Of a DNA stretch of 64,000 bases, positions 60,325 through 64,000 are shown in pieces. Made by a program: the position numbers and the translations under genes. Numbering within the stretch: the stretch's first letter is position 1; each line of letters starts with the position of its first letter. The stretch is from NCBI GenBank assembly GCA_964291395.2, contig OZ219857.1, positions 96,001 through 160,000 on the forward strand, given 5' to 3'. The notes beneath the pieces were generated by a model. It was not told the origin of the DNA. It did no database searches and saw nothing but the letters and a program-made list of their open reading frames with translations. The stretch is from Alphaproteobacteria bacterium (lineage in GTDB: Bacteria > Pseudomonadota > Alphaproteobacteria > UBA2966).

Positions 60325-61083
60325 CTAATTCAAGCCGACCGCGGCCGAAAGAGTCGGACCGATTTCGTCGTTGATAACCAAGTCGGCGAAAACATCGAGA
60401 TCGGTCGGATCGCGGTTGAGTATGACCAGGGTTGATCCGTTGTCCTTGGCCATGACGGGGAATCCGGCGGCCGGATAGACCACGAGCGAGGATCCGATGG
60501 CGAGGAAAAGATCGCATTCCAGGGTCATCTCCTGCGCCCGCCGCATGGCTTCCACCGGCATCGCCTGCCCGAACGAGATCGTGGCTTGCTTGACGATCCC
60601 GCCGCAGACCGTGCATGTCGGCAGCGTCTCGTCGATCTCGAATGCCGCTTTGATGGCATCCAGCCCGTACCGCGTATCGCAGTCTAGGCAGGTGGCGTAG
60701 GTGCTGTTGCCGTGCAGTTCGATGACCTGCTCATCGGGAACGCCCGATTTCTGGTGAAGGCCGTCGACATTCTGGGTGATGACGGCGGTTGCGAGGCCGC
60801 GACGGACGAGCGCGGCCACGGCGAGATGACCACGGTTGGGTTCCGCCGTTTTCATCGTCTTGTCCACCTCGATTTTGCGTCGCCAATTTTCGCGGCGCAT
60901 CTCCTCCGAGGCGAGAAACTCTCCGAACTCGATCGGCTTGTTTTGGGTCCAAAGCCCTCCGGGGCTGCGGAAATCGGGAATCCCGGACTCGGTACTGATC
61001 CCCGCCCCGGTGAAGACGACGATACGGCGCGCCTCGTGCACGAGACCACGCAGCCGGTCGGTAGCCTGTTGACCTGACGCCAC
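60325..61083 (-). CDS. NAD-dependent protein deacylase, Sir2 family
   Basis: GAGISTESGIPDFR, TQNVDGLH, ELHG, CxxC...CxxC, GSSL.VYPAA. Confidence 0.95.
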   Translation of the reverse strand: MASGQQATDRLRGLVHEARRIVVFTGAGISTESGIPDFRSPGGLWTQNKPIEFGEFLASEEMRRENWRRKIEVDKTMKTAEPNRGHLAVAALVRRGLATAVITQNVDGLHQKSGVPDEQVIELHGNSTYATCLDCDTRYGLDAIKAAFEIDETLPTCTVCGGIVKQATISFGQAMPVEAMRRAQEMTLECDLFLAIGSSLVVYPAAGFPVMAKDNGSTLVILNRDPTDLDVFADLVINDEIGPTLSAAVGLN

Positions 61084-61357
61084 TGAGGTTCTCCCTTGAG
61101 ATGTGATCCAGACTTCCCCAGCGGACCCGCATGGTCAAGCCGGCGACAGTGGCCACCTCGCCAACAACCGCGTGCCCCTCGCCGATATTCCGCTCATCCC
61201 GATTGTCTTCACCGTCGCGATGACGCCCGAAGGAGACGATTGCGGGAGACCTTGTCCCGACCTCGCGCGACGGCAAGAAAACGATGGCCGGACGCGCGTC
61301 TCAGATCGAAACCATGCCGCCATTTCTCATAATGAAAACCCGTTCGGGCAACCGGTA

Positions 61358-62344
61358 TCAGCGGTATGGATCGCTCTTGACGAGATAGTCCCTCACGTAC
61401 GACGCGACCGCGCCATCGAGCGGGCGGAACTCGTGTCCGCATCCGGCCGCGCGGAGCTTCTCCATGCGGGCCTCGGTAAAATACTGATACTTGTCGCGGA
61501 TTTCCTCGGGCGTATCGATGAATTCGATCCGAGGCGCCACGTCCATCGCGGCGTACACGGCCCGCGCCAGATCGGAAAAAGTTCTCGCCGTTCCCGTGCC
61601 AAGATTGAACAGGCCGGAAACGTCGGGGCGGTCGTAGATCCACATCATCACGTCCACGCAATCATCGACCGATATGAAATCACGCATCTGGCCGCCATCC
61701 TCGTATCCCGGGTTATGGGACCGGAACAGACTGACCGCGTCTCCCGAAGCAATCTGTTCATAAAGCTGGTGCGCGACACTGCGCATGGGTCCCTTGTGAT
61801 ACTCATTGGGACCAAACACGTTGAAGAACTTCAGGCCGACCCATTGCGACCGTCCCTGCCGTCTCTCGGCGGACAACCGGGCGATGCGACGGTCGAGCAG
61901 GTGCTTGCTCCAGCCGTACAGGTTGAGCGGCCGAAGCTTACACAAGCCGTCAACCGAACCGTCGTCGTCAAAACCGGCGCTGCCGTCTCCGTACGTTGCC
62001 GCGGACGAGGCATAGATGAAGCGCGCGTCGGCGATCGCGCACCATTCCCAGAGCTTGAGAGAGAAATCGACGTTGTTGGAGATGACGAGATCGGCGTCCG
62101 TCGCGGTGGTCGAAGAAATGGCCCCCATGTGAAAGACGGCATCGATGGTGCCGTGCTGCCCCTCCAAGAAATCGAACAGAGACTCCGGCGGCAGGATGCC
62201 TATCAGGTCGCGCTTGGCGATGTTACGCCACTTGTCGCCCCTGCCCAGGCTGTCACAAACCACGATCTCGGTTTCTCCCCGCGCCTCGAGCGCGGCGACG
62301 ATATTCGAACCGATGAAGCCGGCCCCACCGGTGACGATGATCAC
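61358..62344 (-). CDS. hldD: ADP-L-glycero-D-manno-heptose 6-epimerase
   Basis: VTGGAGFIGSN, YASSAATYG, PLNLYGWSK, FNVFGPNEYHKG, YQYFTEA. Confidence 0.95.
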   Translation of the reverse strand: MIIVTGGAGFIGSNIVAALEARGETEIVVCDSLGRGDKWRNIAKRDLIGILPPESLFDFLEGQHGTIDAVFHMGAISSTTATDADLVISNNVDFSLKLWEWCAIADARFIYASSAATYGDGSAGFDDDGSVDGLCKLRPLNLYGWSKHLLDRRIARLSAERRQGRSQWVGLKFFNVFGPNEYHKGPMRSVAHQLYEQIASGDAVSLFRSHNPGYEDGGQMRDFISVDDCVDVMMWIYDRPDVSGLFNLGTGTARTFSDLARAVYAAMDVAPRIEFIDTPEEIRDKYQYFTEARMEKLRAAGCGHEFRPLDGAVASYVRDYLVKSDPYR

Positions 62345-63822
62345 GGATTCCTTCCGGCGCGCCGGTCAATCCGACAAATCGTGCTGGTCGTGCTGTGACC
62401 TTCGGCGAGTTCGGCCAGGACGACGCGGCCGCCATATGATTTCACAAGGTCGCCGCCAACGACGTCATCCTCGGCATAGTCCGCACCCTTGACGAGGACA
62501 TCCGGCCTAATGGCTTCGATCAATGACATCGGCGTGTCCTCGCCAAACTCGACGACCAGATCGACGGTGGAGAGACTCGCGAGAACGGCGGCGCGGGTCG
62601 CCGCCGGCTGGACGGGCCGGTCGTCGCCCTTAAGACGGCTTACGGAGGCATCCGAGTTCAGTCCCACGATCAAGGCATCCCCGGCCGCGCGGGCCTGTTC
62701 GAGGAGGGAGACGTGTCCCGGGTGTATGAGGTCGAAACAGCCATTCGTGAATACCACGCGCTTTTCGCGGCGGCGCCACTGGGCAACCCGGTCAAGTGCC
62801 GCGTCGAGTGACACGATCTTGTACCCCGAGTCCCGAGAGGCGGCGGTCTCAAGACTGGCCGCGATTTCGTGGGCATCGACCGTCGCCGTTCCTACCTTTC
62901 CGACCACGATCCCGGCGGACACGTTCGCAAGGGATGCGGCCTCTTCGAGTCCATGCCCGGCGGCGAGGGCCGTCGCTACGGTCGCAATTGCCGTGTCGCC
63001 CGCGCCCGAGACGTCGAAAACCTCTCGCGCCCGGGTGCGAAGGTGCAGCGGCTCTTCGCCCGCAACGACCAATGTCATGCCTTGGGCACCGCGCGTCGCC
63101 AGAACGGCGCCGATACCGGACTCCGCAACAGCCCTGTCTGCCGCAATTGCCGCACTCCGGTCGTCCTCGACCGCCATTCCGGTGGCTCGGGACAGTTCAT
63201 CCCGGTTGGGACTCACCAGGAACGCTCCCTTGTACCGCGTGAAGTCTGAGCTTTTCGGATCGACGACGACCGGCACGTCCGCGGACGCCGCCGCAGAGAT
63301 GATCTTTACGATGACCGCATCGGTCAGAACGCCCTTGGCGTAGTCAGACAACACCGCGACGTCCGCACGCGGCAGTTCGGCGCGAGCCCGCTCCACGACC
63401 TGCGACAGGATGTCTACCGGCGCTGCGATCTTGCCCTCGACGTCGGCGCGGAGGAGCTGCTGGCCGGACGCCAAGTACCTAGTCTTCACCGTCGTCGGCG
63501 TGCTCGGACAGACTACGGAGTGGAGTGCCAGGCCCTCTTCGTCCGCCAGCAATTCCGTTACGCGCACGCCAGCCGTATCGTCACCGATTAGTCCCACCAG
63601 AACGACCTGCCCCCCCAGGCTCACAATGTTCCGCGCCACATTGCCGGCACCGCCGGGCATCTCCGCCTCGTGGTCGATGTGCATCACGGGAATCGGCGCT
63701 TCCGGCGAAATGCGATTCACCGTGCCCGTGACATAGCGATCCAGCATCAGATCGCCGACGACGAGGACCCGGCCCTTGCCGAGCGTCGGCAGCATTTCGA
63801 GAAGACGAGAGGGATCAGGCAC
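62341..63822 (-). CDS. hldE: Bifunctional heptose-7-phosphate kinase / heptose-1-phosphate adenylyltransferase
   Basis: RISPEAPIP, SDYAKG, DVSGAGD, FTNGCFDLIHPGH, PDVLVKGADY. Confidence 0.95.
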   Translation of the reverse strand: MPDPSRLLEMLPTLGKGRVLVVGDLMLDRYVTGTVNRISPEAPIPVMHIDHEAEMPGGAGNVARNIVSLGGQVVLVGLIGDDTAGVRVTELLADEEGLALHSVVCPSTPTTVKTRYLASGQQLLRADVEGKIAAPVDILSQVVERARAELPRADVAVLSDYAKGVLTDAVIVKIISAAASADVPVVVDPKSSDFTRYKGAFLVSPNRDELSRATGMAVEDDRSAAIAADRAVAESGIGAVLATRGAQGMTLVVAGEEPLHLRTRAREVFDVSGAGDTAIATVATALAAGHGLEEAASLANVSAGIVVGKVGTATVDAHEIAASLETAASRDSGYKIVSLDAALDRVAQWRRREKRVVFTNGCFDLIHPGHVSLLEQARAAGDALIVGLNSDASVSRLKGDDRPVQPAATRAAVLASLSTVDLVVEFGEDTPMSLIEAIRPDVLVKGADYAEDDVVGGDLVKSYGGRVVLAELAEGHSTTSTICRIDRRAGRNP

Positions 63823-63830
63823 GTCGACGG

Positions 63831-64000
63831 TCAGGTCTGAATGAATGCGTGCTCGCTGTCGTGAAGGACGACACAGGTGAGGGTATCCGACATCCACGCT
63901 CCAGTATCGATACCGATGCGGTTCGAGCGAACCTGAATCTCCTTAAAGGGTGTATGCCCGTGCACGACCACCTTGCCCAAATCATCCTCGCAATCGAGGA
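63831..64000 (-). CDS. Metallophosphoesterase (PrpA/PphA-like Ser/Thr phosphatase), 3' end only; not in the supplied ORF track
   Basis: My translation: LDCEDDLGKVVVHGHTPFKEIQVRSNRIGIDTGAWMSDTLTCVVL...QT*, containing HGHT and IDTG motifs. Confidence 0.88.
   Translation of the reverse strand, partial: LDCEDDLGKVVVHGHTPFKEIQVRSNRIGIDTGAWMSDTLTCVVLHDSEHAFIQT

Noticed and set aside
60325-61083. Sir2 protein as an anti-phage NADase
   Set aside because: Canonical Zn-binding deacylase-type sirtuin with no defence partner nearby
61084-61357. Short ORFs in the sirtuin-hldD spacer
   Set aside because: No RBS or recognisable motif

Overview
64 kb of GC-rich (roughly 60-65% by eye) alphaproteobacterial chromosome with Rhodospirillales-like gene order. 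Positions 1-46.3 kb are mostly core genes: kdsD-lptCAB-rpoN-hpf-ptsN; Hsp20/DUF1150; speDE; a GldAFG-like ABC system; tRNA-Ala; aroA-cmk-rpsA-ihfB-lapA-trpFBA-accD-folC; trxA-addAB-murU-amgK-tsaE-ahcY-rapZ-chvGI; polA; dcd; tRNA-Arg. From 46.3 to 60.3 kb there is an accessory catabolic patch (crotonases including an HmfE-like protein, acyl-CoA ligase, CoA transferase, SDRs, GST, LhgO-like oxidase, luciferase-like monooxygenase, alpha/beta-fold partner, MBL hydrolase). A sirtuin and ADP-heptose genes follow. I saw no integrase, transposase, CRISPR array or recognisable defence system, and no unmistakable novel system. The best leads are: (i) a six-gene GST-LhgO-ABM-DUF4170-LLM-hydrolase run with an ATA-start gene and a hydrolase lacking its nucleophile; (ii) an HtrA-fold protein with all three catalytic residues replaced; (iii) an HmfE-like gene outside a furan cluster; (iv) an RpoH promoter with a ROSE thermometer, and phased repeats before chvI; (v) a dispersed palindromic repeat family; (vi) signs of gene erosion (ghost gene fragments, missing syntenic genes, substituted invariant residues, a compensated frameshift in addA). 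All protein calls come from motif recognition, not database searches.
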